A DNA stretch of 64,000 nucleotides, from contig CAYTKI010000028.1 of NCBI GenBank assembly GCA_964438385.1, forward strand, positions 6,521 to 70,520, in the 5' to 3' direction. This document shows positions 55,874 through 64,000 of this stretch, in pieces. The notes under the pieces are model-generated. The model made no database searches and was not told the DNA's origin. It saw nothing but the letters and a program-made list of their open reading frames with translations. The position numbers and the translations under genes are program-made. How positions within the stretch are numbered: position 1 is the stretch's first letter; every line of letters starts with the position of its first letter. The DNA is from an uncultured Methanosarcinales archaeon. GTDB lineage: Archaea > Nanobdellota > Nanobdellia > Woesearchaeales > GW2011-AR4.

Positions 55874-57025
55874 ATGCCTGCGAAGGAAAAAGAGAAGAAT
55901 CTCATCGACAGCGTCATGTACTCTTATACGGCAACAACAAACCCGTATGAAGAGGAGAATAAGGTCCTGAAAGAGACCCTGAGCAAGTTCAAGGATGAGC
56001 TGGAGAAATTCAAGACTCCCCCACTTATGGTCTCTGAAGTGCGCGATATTCTTGGCGAGAATGTCATCATCCGCATCCCGAATGGAAACCTTTTCTATGT
56101 GAATGTATCCAGTGATTGCGATAAGATTTTCTCAGGAGACCTCGTCCTCACAGACCAAAAAAATCTTACCATCATCAATAAGGTGCCCATAGCAAAGCAT
56201 TTCAATGTTGAAAAGTTTGTCATCATCGAGAAGCCAAATGTCACCTGGGACAGCGTCGGTGGATTGGATGAGCAGATACGGGAGGTCAAGGAAGTTGTCG
56301 AATTGCCGCTCAAAAAGCCGGAGCTCTTCAAGAAAGTTGGCATCCAGCCGCCGAAAGGGATACTCTTCTATGGCGAGCCGGGAACCGGAAAGACGCTTCT
56401 TGCAAAAGCGGTCGCGGCATCAACCAACTCGACCTTTATCGAGGTCGTGGGTTCGGAGCTGGTGCAGAAATTCATCGGCGAGGGAGCGAAGCTCATCAAG
56501 GATATATTCGAATTGGCAAGGAAGAAGGCGCCATCTATAGTGTTCATCGATGAGATTGACGCATTGGCAGCCAAAAGGGTGGAGCTTGGCACCTCTGGCG
56601 AGCGGGAAGTCAACAGGACATTCATGCAGCTCCTTGCGGAGCTCGATGGATTTAAGCCCCTTGATAATGTCAAGATTATCGGCGCGACAAATAGAAAGGA
56701 CATACTCGATCCGGCAATCACGCGCCCGGGAAGATTGGACAGGATGATCGGCATTCCAAAGCCAGACAAGAAATCGCGCGTCTCCATCTTTAAGATTCAT
56801 TCCAGAAACATGAGCATAGACCCCTCCATAACTGCTGAAGAAATATCAGATAAGATGAATGACTTCTCTGGGGCAGAAATCAAGGCGACGTGCACTGAAG
56901 CAGGATATTTCGCAATCCGTGAGGATCGTACCAAGATAACTAGGCACGATTTTCTAGGCGCGATAGAGAAAATCCGCCGCAATAAGGAAGAGGAGAGCGA
57001 TGAGTATAAGCAGATGTTTGGATAA
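55874..57025 (+). CDS. pan: proteasome-activating nucleotidase (AAA+ ATPase)
   Basis: N-terminal coiled coil, OB domain, Walker A GEPGTGKTLLAKAVA, Walker B IVFIDEIDA, second region of homology; start set at MPAKEKEK. Confidence 0.9.
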   Translation: MPAKEKEKNLIDSVMYSYTATTNPYEEENKVLKETLSKFKDELEKFKTPPLMVSEVRDILGENVIIRIPNGNLFYVNVSSDCDKIFSGDLVLTDQKNLTIINKVPIAKHFNVEKFVIIEKPNVTWDSVGGLDEQIREVKEVVELPLKKPELFKKVGIQPPKGILFYGEPGTGKTLLAKAVAASTNSTFIEVVGSELVQKFIGEGAKLIKDIFELARKKAPSIVFIDEIDALAAKRVELGTSGEREVNRTFMQLLAELDGFKPLDNVKIIGATNRKDILDPAITRPGRLDRMIGIPKPDKKSRVSIFKIHSRNMSIDPSITAEEISDKMNDFSGAEIKATCTEAGYFAIREDRTKITRHDFLGAIEKIRRNKEEESDEYKQMFG

Positions 57026-57195
57026 GCCAATCCATTTCTCACTTTTTTTTAAAGCAAAAAACTTCACATATACCTTCTTTGGAAAACCATTAAAAGCAGT
57101 AAAAAATATCCACTCATCGTGCGCGATGATGAAGTGAACACCCTAATATCCCACAAGGAAATGATTGGAATTTGTAACTGCAGAGCGCACTTTTT

Positions 57196-58038
57196 TTAGA
57201 GAACAACGAAGTCCGCGCAGACCCGGAAATGCCCTGGTGAATACTGCCCGCAGGGAAAAACACCAATTAATTTATGTTTTTTTCCCGCTTTATCACAAGC
57301 CAGTTCTATATTCTCCTTAACTTTTCCGAATTCAGATTCACTGGCAAAATCATAGAAATGCACAGTCCCACCTTTCCTGATGGCCGAAAGCGCAATCGGA
57401 AGGTACTCTTCGGCACCTTTGGGAAGGGGCAACAGGATGCGATCAAACTGCATGCCGAGCTGGGGGACTATCTTTTTCACATCCCCAAGGAAAAGTTGCA
57501 CTTTCTTTCCCACTTTGTTCTTGATGACATTGACTTCCGCGTAATGGTGAGCGATCGGATTGATTTCAACGCCATACACAGCCTTGCAGGGGGTGAGCTT
57601 CGCAAGCTCAATAACAAATGGCCCGATGCCGGAAAACATCACAAGGATGGTTTCGCCTTCCTTCACCAGCTGAGCGATGCGCATGCGCTCAGTTCCTGAT
57701 CTGGGGGAGAAGTATGCCTTCTCCACATGAAGCTCAAGGAGCACTCCATTCTCCCGATGGATAGTCTGCTTTCTTCGCTCACCCCCTATGATGCGAATTG
57801 TTGGCAGGCGGAACTTGCCGGAAAACTGCTTCGTTTTCTTCGCAACCACTTTTATTTGCGGATAGTTTGCAAGAATCACCTTAGAAATCTCCTTTTCCTT
57901 CTTCACAATCCCTTTTGGGAAATTAGCAAATATCATAATATCCCCTACCACATCAAATGCTGTTGGTATGATAGCTAGCTCTTTTGCGCTAAGAACATTC
58001 TTCAGATAATACTTGAGGTTTTTCTTTGGTTTCTCCAT
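57196..58038 (-). CDS. Trm5/Taw2 (Met-10+) family tRNA methyltransferase
   Basis: AFDVVGDIMIFANFP, SAM-binding VYGVEINPIAHHYA, LLPLPKGAEEYL. Confidence 0.65.
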   Translation of the reverse strand: MEKPKKNLKYYLKNVLSAKELAIIPTAFDVVGDIMIFANFPKGIVKKEKEISKVILANYPQIKVVAKKTKQFSGKFRLPTIRIIGGERRKQTIHRENGVLLELHVEKAYFSPRSGTERMRIAQLVKEGETILVMFSGIGPFVIELAKLTPCKAVYGVEINPIAHHYAEVNVIKNKVGKKVQLFLGDVKKIVPQLGMQFDRILLPLPKGAEEYLPIALSAIRKGGTVHFYDFASESEFGKVKENIELACDKAGKKHKLIGVFPCGQYSPGHFRVCADFVVL

Positions 58039-59078
58039 CAGAAAAACTCCCCCAGCCCCTTCTGCATCCTGTCCTTCTGCGATTGCACCAATGGCTTAAT
58101 GGCAAAATCAACGCGTTCCTGTGAGAAATCATGCGCGGTGAGCATGCGCATGATGGCATCGGCATCAGGTGATTTCCAGCAGAGAGTGTACTCATTGGCA
58201 GTTTTTGTGTGCTTGAAAAGATCAAAGACCTCCTGCCAGGAATGTGCAAAGGAATCTTCCCATTTGACATGGGAAAACAGGGCATCTTTGTCTTCGCCAT
58301 GCTGCTTCACAAGCTTGAGAGCATTTCTTGGGCCGATTCCTTTGATGCCTTTTGGGTTGTAATCCGTTCCGACCAGCATCGCAAGCATGATAAGCTGATC
58401 CTGCGTGATGCCGAGATGTGACAGGTTTTCTTCCAGAGAGATGATATCCGGAACAATTGTCTCATACGCAAGGCGATTTGATTTCTTCTTCTTGCCCACC
58501 ATGTTTAAATTGCGCACTATGCGCGGTGCGCCAAAAAGCAGCGCATCAGCATCGGTAGTGGCAATCGCGTAGGCATCTCCCCTCTTCACAAGAATGGCTG
58601 CCTGGGCTTCCGCCTCAGAGGGTGCTTCTATGACGGGTAAGCCGAACGCAGAGACGAGCTCTTTTGCCTCCTTGACCATATCCTTGGTGAGCCGAGTGCT
58701 CATGGCAGCGTATTTTCTCATCCCTTCCACGTCTTCAATTCGCAGCGCCTCCTGGTATTTTTTCTCCGCCTCTTCCTTAATCCTTCTGCGCTCCTGCAGG
58801 ACCTGCTTCTTGAGCGCAGGCGGCTCACCATCAAACACAAAGGCAAGCCGGATATTTTCCTGCATAAGGTTCGAGATTCTGCTCAAAAGACCGGCCAGAT
58901 GCGAGGTCACATGTCCCTGCGAGTCCCTAAGAAGCGCTCCATCCCTCTGCCGAATTGAGCTGAGAAACTGGTAGAGCCACATCGAGGTATCGACCGCAAT
59001 GGTTTTTCCCCGAAGATCATCAAGCGAGATGTCTTTTTTCACTAAGAGCTCAGTGAGTGCGACGCCCATGTTACTCAA
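58038..59078 (-). CDS. fen: flap endonuclease 1
   Basis: MGV...ELL, IAVDTSMWLYQFL, FVFDGEPPALKK, helix-3-turn-helix GTDYNPKGIKGIGPRNALKLV, C-terminal PIP box QKGLGEFF. Confidence 0.9.
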   Translation of the reverse strand: MSNMGVALTELLVKKDISLDDLRGKTIAVDTSMWLYQFLSSIRQRDGALLRDSQGHVTSHLAGLLSRISNLMQENIRLAFVFDGEPPALKKQVLQERRRIKEEAEKKYQEALRIEDVEGMRKYAAMSTRLTKDMVKEAKELVSAFGLPVIEAPSEAEAQAAILVKRGDAYAIATTDADALLFGAPRIVRNLNMVGKKKKSNRLAYETIVPDIISLEENLSHLGITQDQLIMLAMLVGTDYNPKGIKGIGPRNALKLVKQHGEDKDALFSHVKWEDSFAHSWQEVFDLFKHTKTANEYTLCWKSPDADAIMRMLTAHDFSQERVDFAIKPLVQSQKDRMQKGLGEFF

Positions 59079-60012
59079 TCCTATAAAATGTTACCCCTTT
59101 CAATGATCCCAGAATTTCAGCGCCTTTTTTGGTGAGTTCGCCAGTTGAGAGGAGAATGACCGGCAGCTTCCGAAACTGCCCCTGAACATATGCGTTTGAC
59201 ACATCGGAATCAGTGAGTTTTTTCTTGTTCTTCGCGCGGCAATAGTACTCAAGTTGCCCAAAAGCGCTTGGAACGCCAAGGACATAGTCCATCTCCGCCC
59301 CCTTCTTGAGGACATTCTGCTCCTTGATAGTAATCTTGTTTTTTGAAAAGAATGCTGCAATATTTTCTGCAAACTCATCTGGCCACTTCATTATCTTTTC
59401 CTTCTTTTCTTTTTTCATTGAAGTAGGAGCCGCTAATGGTGGGGGGGCGGAAATTGGCTGCTCGTCCGGCTGCTCTTTTTTTAGCATAGGTGTTGGTGGC
59501 AATACTTTTTGCCTCTCTTCTTTTGCTGACTGCTCTTTCTTTCGGATTGGCTGCGCTCGCTCCTCTTTATCTTTGGACATCTCCTTTAGGATGTGCTCAA
59601 CTTCGCCATTGGAAAGCGAATGCCACTTCCAGAACAGCTCCTCAGTGCCGTCGTGCGAGACGTTGAGTCCAATCGCGAAATCCTTGATGTTTCTCAGCGC
59701 AACGCGCGTCAATGGATCCAGCTCCCTATCATTGAGAACCTTCGCTTCCTTGAGAAGATCATAGGCGCGTTTGTCTTTTTCCTGAAGGCTCTCAGAGAAT
59801 TTCTCAAGAAGGGATTCTTGTCCCGGGATCAGATAAAGCGGAGAACTCCCTATCTTGAGATTGGACACTTTGAGTTTTCCCGTAGCGCTCATCTCCGCAA
59901 GATGTGCTGATGCCATTAGGTTGCTCATAGCAAGATGCTTTGCAATAGCCGCAGGAAGTATTGGGCCATTCTGCCTGATGAAACTTAGAATTGACTCGCG
60001 GTTGTCTACCAT
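59071..60012 (-). CDS. hypothetical DNA-binding protein: N-terminal winged helix, Lys/Glu-rich linker, C-terminal ~100-aa globular domain
   Basis: ILSFIRQNGPILPAAIAKHLAMS wH-like; low-complexity KEKEERAQPIRKKEQSAKEERQK; overlaps fen stop by 8 nt (co-transcribed). Confidence 0.45.
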   Translation of the reverse strand: MVDNRESILSFIRQNGPILPAAIAKHLAMSNLMASAHLAEMSATGKLKVSNLKIGSSPLYLIPGQESLLEKFSESLQEKDKRAYDLLKEAKVLNDRELDPLTRVALRNIKDFAIGLNVSHDGTEELFWKWHSLSNGEVEHILKEMSKDKEERAQPIRKKEQSAKEERQKVLPPTPMLKKEQPDEQPISAPPPLAAPTSMKKEKKEKIMKWPDEFAENIAAFFSKNKITIKEQNVLKKGAEMDYVLGVPSAFGQLEYYCRAKNKKKLTDSDVSNAYVQGQFRKLPVILLSTGELTKKGAEILGSLKGVTFYRIE

Positions 60013-60085
60013 GGACTAAGAAGGGTGATGATATTTTATATATCTTGTCATTAGAGAAAAATCTCTCTTATCGAGAGGGGAGCAT

Positions 60086-60736
60086 TTACTTTTTCTTCGG
60101 CACTTTCTTCCAGTCCTCAAGAAACTTCGCGACGCCGACGTCAGTGAGCGAGTGCATAAAGAGCTGCTCCCATACCTTATAGGGTATAGTCGCAATATCT
60201 GCCCCAATCATTGCCGCTTCCTTCACATGAATAGGATGCCGAACAGAGGCCACGAGAATTTTAGTTTGGAAATTATAATTGTTATAGATCTGCCTCATCT
60301 CCTTAATCAAGTCCATCCCACTCTGCCCGATATCATCCAATCTACCAACAAAAGGTGAGATAATAAATGCCCCCGCCTTCGCTGCCATGAGTGCCTGGTT
60401 TGCTGAGAAGCATAAGGTGACATTGACGCGTATACCCTCTTTTGTCATGAGCCAGCATGCCTTGAGCCCCTGCTGAGTAAGGGGGACCTTGACAATGATA
60501 TTTTTATGAATCTTTGCAAATGCGCGACCTTCCTTTAGCATCCCTTCCGCATCCAGCGCAACGGTCTCCGCACTCACCGGGCCATTGACAATTTGGCAGA
60601 TTTCTTTCAGGGTTTCATTGTAATCTCGGCCTTCTTTTGCGATAAGGGAGGGGTTGGTTGTAACACCGTCTAAATTTAATATCTCATTTGCCCTGCGAAT
60701 CTCATCAATATTTGCGCTGTCAATGTAGATGTCCAT
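60086..60736 (-). CDS. transaldolase / fructose-6-phosphate aldolase (TalC/FSA type)
   Basis: [13 protein letters not shown]...VTTNPSLI, Schiff-base Lys region IIVKVP. Confidence 0.8.
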   Translation of the reverse strand: MDIYIDSANIDEIRRANEILNLDGVTTNPSLIAKEGRDYNETLKEICQIVNGPVSAETVALDAEGMLKEGRAFAKIHKNIIVKVPLTQQGLKACWLMTKEGIRVNVTLCFSANQALMAAKAGAFIISPFVGRLDDIGQSGMDLIKEMRQIYNNYNFQTKILVASVRHPIHVKEAAMIGADIATIPYKVWEQLFMHSLTDVGVAKFLEDWKKVPKKK

Positions 60737-60738
60737 TT

Positions 60739-61683
60739 TTACTTCTTCCTCCCTATAGCCTTCTTCGCCGCCTGCGCGATGTGCTTTGGGGTAAGCCCAT
60801 ACTTCTCATACAGTTCGCTTGGCTTTCCCGACTCCCCAAATCTATCCTCGACACCAACCATCTCGATGGGTGTTGGGCAGTTACGGGAAGTGAATTCGGC
60901 AATTGCTCCACCCAACCCCCCAATGACATTGTGATCCTCTGCGGTGACAAAGCACCCAGTCTTCTTCGCCAGCTTTGAGATCAGTTGAGCATCCAATGGC
61001 TTGATGGTGTGCATATTGACGATGGTTGCGGAGATCTTCTCTTTTTTCAACAGGTCAATGGCAGCCAATGCCTCATGGACCATAGTACCTGTCGCGAAAA
61101 TAGCTACATCACTTCCTTCCTGCAGGATATCTCCCTTTCCAATTTTGAAATTATACTCATCGGCATGAATGAGGGGCAGTGCATTCCGAAGCAGCCTCAT
61201 ATAGGATGGCCCATAATAATCAGCAAGAGCAAACACCGCTTTTTTTGTCTCCACAGAATCGCAAGGTTGGATCAAGGTCATGTTTGGTAGCGCGCGATAG
61301 AACGCGATGTCTTCAATCGCCTGGGCAGATTTTCCATCTTCTCCAGTGTGGATCCCTGCATGGCTGCCAGCGATCTTAACATTCAATTTATTCCTGGCGA
61401 CAATATTACGCGTGAATTCAATCGCCCTCTCACTGAAAATGGCAAAGGTAGATGCATAGGGGATTTTCCCTGAAACCGAAAGCCCGGCGGCCATGCCAAT
61501 CATGTTCTGTTCTGCGATTCCTGCATTGAAGAATCTGTCTGGAAATGCCTCTCTAAAATAATCACTCTTTGTGGAGTCATTGAGATCGGCATCAAGGACG
61601 ACGACATCTTTTCGGAGTTTTCCTAGTTCAACAAGGGCTTTCCCGTACCCTTCTCTTGTCGCTTCTTTTTTTATGTCCACCAT
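60739..61683 (-). CDS. transketolase, C-terminal section
   Basis: Split-transketolase pyrimidine-binding/C-terminal domains ([17 protein letters not shown]). Confidence 0.85.
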   Translation of the reverse strand: MVDIKKEATREGYGKALVELGKLRKDVVVLDADLNDSTKSDYFREAFPDRFFNAGIAEQNMIGMAAGLSVSGKIPYASTFAIFSERAIEFTRNIVARNKLNVKIAGSHAGIHTGEDGKSAQAIEDIAFYRALPNMTLIQPCDSVETKKAVFALADYYGPSYMRLLRNALPLIHADEYNFKIGKGDILQEGSDVAIFATGTMVHEALAAIDLLKKEKISATIVNMHTIKPLDAQLISKLAKKTGCFVTAEDHNVIGGLGGAIAEFTSRNCPTPIEMVGVEDRFGESGKPSELYEKYGLTPKHIAQAAKKAIGRKK

Positions 61684-61844
61684 GATAATTTTACTCAGCT
61701 ACCCAATGAGGTTTTTCATTATTAATTTTTTTTAATGAGTATCTTCTTTTTTATTTTCAACAATTTTTTAAGCAATTAATTACTGTTTAATTTATCAATG
61801 TGTTTTTGTTAGTTTTAGTTAATGGATAGTGTTGTTAATGGGTT

Positions 61845-62687
61845 TTATTTGAAAGTATGTGCATCAATCGTCTCAATCTCTACACAGGCCTTCTTGTACT
61901 CCTCATCGTTTGGCGCTTTTCCGTGGAATTTATGGTTGAGTTCCATGAAAGACACACCCTTCCCCTTGATGGTATTGGAAACAATCATCGTCGGTTTGCC
62001 AGTATTCATTTCCCAGGCCCTATCGAGCGCATCGATGACCTGCCCCATGTCGTGGCCGTTTATCTCAAGTACATTCCAGCCAAACGCCTTCCACTTTTCA
62101 GCAGCAGGATCGATGTTCATTACTTCTTTTGTCTTTCCTGTTTCCTGCACCTGGTTCTTATCAAGGATAGCGATAAGATTTCCAAGCTTATGGAATGATG
62201 CGGCCATTGAGGCCTCCCACACCGCCCCTTCCTGAGATTCCCCATCACCAATCATCACCACAACCTTTGCGGGATTTCCATCAATTTTGTTCGCAAGCGC
62301 AAGTCCAAGAGAAAAGCAGATGCCCTGCCCAAGCGAGCCGCCGGCGAATTCAATGCCTGGCGTCGCAAGCTCAGGATGGCCCTGAAGCATTGAGCCAATC
62401 TTTCGGAAGGACTCAAGCTCTTTCTTTGGAAAAAATCCCCGATCAGCAAGCACAGCATAGAGTCCTGGTGAGGCATGGCCCTTGCTGAGGACAAACTTGT
62501 CCCGCGCAGGATCTTTTTGGTTTTTTGGATGTACTTTGAGCTTGTAGTGGTACAGCGCAACAAGCACATCAATCTCGCTTAGCGATCCGCCAGGATGGCC
62601 AGACTGCGCCCTATATACTACATCGAGAATAACCCTTCGAAGCTCCTTTGCCTTTCTCCTGAGCGCAAGAATATTTGGCTTTGCCAT
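61845..62687 (-). CDS. transketolase, N-terminal section
   Basis: TPP-binding GHPGGSLS..., GDGESQEG; start set at MAKPNILALRRKAKELR. Confidence 0.85.
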   Translation of the reverse strand: MAKPNILALRRKAKELRRVILDVVYRAQSGHPGGSLSEIDVLVALYHYKLKVHPKNQKDPARDKFVLSKGHASPGLYAVLADRGFFPKKELESFRKIGSMLQGHPELATPGIEFAGGSLGQGICFSLGLALANKIDGNPAKVVVMIGDGESQEGAVWEASMAASFHKLGNLIAILDKNQVQETGKTKEVMNIDPAAEKWKAFGWNVLEINGHDMGQVIDALDRAWEMNTGKPTMIVSNTIKGKGVSFMELNHKFHGKAPNDEEYKKACVEIETIDAHTFK

Positions 62688-62777
62688 GGGGGGAAAGTAC
62701 ACTTTGCCCATTTTTAATAGTTTTGTAGAATCAGCATAATAAACCAATAAAAATAAAAGAAAAAAAGAATGAAAAAA

Positions 62778-63614
62778 TTACTTCCTCACTTCAATCGTCT
62801 TAAGAGACTTCCAGGCGAGCTCGAAAAGTTCCTCAAGTGCTGCGGAGAAGAACGGCGTGTTGACCCAGATGCCAACATCATAGGTCGGATGCACTTCCTC
62901 ATCATCCATCACCATGAAGATAATTTCTTTCTTATCAACAATGCAGAAGCGCGCCTTGGTGTCAGAATGCTTGATTTCAGCAATCCCCTTCAGTTCTTTC
63001 ACCACGTGCTCATTCTCCTTGGTGATGGGCGCGGCAATCCTAATCTTCACTCCGCGCTTCTTGAGCTTCTCAAAGGTTGGCAAAAATCCTTCAATCTTTC
63101 TGAGCAATCCCTGCGCAGTTGTCATCAGGGTGACAGATTCCTCGGCATTGCGAATCGTCAGTTCAAGGTGATTGTAGAGGTTGTGCCTCCCCTTCAGGCT
63201 TCCCGAGAGATCAGAGGGCTCGACCAGTTCAACGCCCTGGGTATGGAGGGTATTGAGCTCTTCAATGACATCAGTTCCCCGTAAGTCGGTAAGGCGCTTG
63301 ACAGATTCTTTTGCTTCCTGTTCCACATTTCTCTTGACGCGCTCAAGGACTTCTTTCGGGGGAATGGCGATGTATTTGATGGGCTTGCCGAGTTTCATGA
63401 TGACAAATCCCTTCTTCTCCAATGACTCCAGAACGTCATAGGATCTGCTGCGCGGGACATTCGCGATATCGGAAAGCTCCCCTGCAGTCGAGACTCCCCT
63501 GGAGAGCAAAGCTGTCCAAATCTTCACTTCGTAGAGGTTCAAATTAAAGAACCTTCTCAGTTTTGACAAAAATTCTTCTTTTATTATCATACGATACACA
63601 CCCCCTTTTATCAT
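62778..63614 (-). CDS. TrmB family transcriptional regulator
   Basis: N-terminal HTH LNLYEVKIWTALLSRGVSTAGELSDIANVPRSRSYDVLESLEKKGFV; ~270 aa with sugar-binding-like C-term. Confidence 0.7.
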   Translation of the reverse strand: MIKGGVYRMIIKEEFLSKLRRFFNLNLYEVKIWTALLSRGVSTAGELSDIANVPRSRSYDVLESLEKKGFVIMKLGKPIKYIAIPPKEVLERVKRNVEQEAKESVKRLTDLRGTDVIEELNTLHTQGVELVEPSDLSGSLKGRHNLYNHLELTIRNAEESVTLMTTAQGLLRKIEGFLPTFEKLKKRGVKIRIAAPITKENEHVVKELKGIAEIKHSDTKARFCIVDKKEIIFMVMDDEEVHPTYDVGIWVNTPFFSAALEELFELAWKSLKTIEVRK

Positions 63615-63811
63615 TAACAGGGGATAATTTTTCCTTCACTACTATTAAAACATTACGTTTTTTACCCACTCTGAGTAGTTTCATCAACCAGGGGTATAAA
63701 CTAATATTTACTGAATAGTTATAACAGATAACGCCATGCCCATATATAAATCTTTTGCATTTTATGAAGGAAACAGTGCCAGGTGGAGCAGAAAGCAAGA
63801 AGTGCGAAGGG

Positions 63812-64000
63812 TTATACAATCCTTTCCTTGGCCAATTTCTCAACAATGCCCGGATCAGCGAGTGTAGTAATATTTCCAAAATCCCTGCCGCCTTCTGCAA
63901 TTGCCCTAAGAATTCGCCTCATGATCTTTCCAGAGCGGGTTTTCGGCAGCTCATCCGCGAACTGCACTTTCTCTGGCTTTGCTATGTGGCCCATGTGCTC
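63812..64000 (-). CDS. acs: acetyl-CoA synthetase (AMP-forming), C-terminal fragment; gene continues beyond window end
   Basis: [21 protein letters not shown]...[13 protein letters not shown] is the conserved ACS C-terminus. Confidence 0.7.
   Translation of the reverse strand, partial: EHMGHIAKPEKVQFADELPKTRSGKIMRRILRAIAEGGRDFGNITTLADPGIVEKLAKERIV

Noticed and set aside
1-64000. CRISPR arrays, rRNA genes, transposase/integrase genes
   Set aside because: No regularly spaced direct repeats of 24-40 bp, no rRNA-like conserved stretches, and no ORF with DDE, tyrosine- or serine-recombinase motifs were seen; the accessory island therefore lacks an identifiable mobility gene within this window.

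Overview
This 64-kb window is archaeal by gene content. The evidence is a TATA-binding protein, an MCM helicase carrying a LAGLIDADG intein, the Orc1/Cdc6, PolD-small and PolD-large replication operon, aIF2-beta, Hjc resolvase, RNase Z, tRNA-splicing endonuclease EndA, FEN-1, proteasome-activating nucleotidase PAN and an archaeal-type TyrRS. No rRNA, tRNA or CRISPR array could be recognised by eye. The window has five regions:

- **1–15.2 kb:** a long co-directional, minus-strand locus of secreted or membrane-anchored proteins. Several have class III (type IV pilin-like) signal peptides. A 2022-aa surface giant contains six or seven tandem Myxococcus-type Cys-rich repeats, thrombospondin-3-like Asp-rich motifs, one C-terminal TM helix and a Lys/Glu-rich tail.
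- **17–31.5 kb:** a replication and information-processing block. It holds tbp, mcm with intein, an OB-fold/wH protein, aIF2-beta, and polC/polB/cdc6. A 330-bp AT-rich candidate oriC carrying mini-ORB-like elements sits immediately upstream of cdc6.
- **31.5–38.5 kb:** a cell-surface glycan modification cluster. It encodes an SDR epimerase, a GT-C membrane transferase, an MBOAT O-acyltransferase with an SGNH/DltD-like partner, a GT2, and an RmlD-like reductase.
- **41–50 kb:** an accessory island with lower-GC patches. A three-gene operon encodes a RecQ-C-terminal-like (RQC + HTH) protein, a DpnI-like methyl-directed restriction endonuclease and a DpnA-like beta-class N6-adenine methyltransferase. 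This looks like a paradoxical pairing. It is flanked by two Bro-N/DinD-like paralogs (one pseudogenised) that bracket tyrS. A shared CACTGGACAT operator-like motif lies upstream of their TATA boxes and recurs at the tbp–mcm junction.
- **50–64 kb:** housekeeping genes. These are M16, M24 and M29 peptidases, PAN, a Trm5-family methyltransferase, FEN-1, a split transketolase plus transaldolase, a TrmB regulator and the 3' end of acetyl-CoA synthetase.

All functional calls rest on motif-level recognition from the translated ORFs, since no database search was possible. Start codons were refined by eye where the six-frame ORF over-extended.
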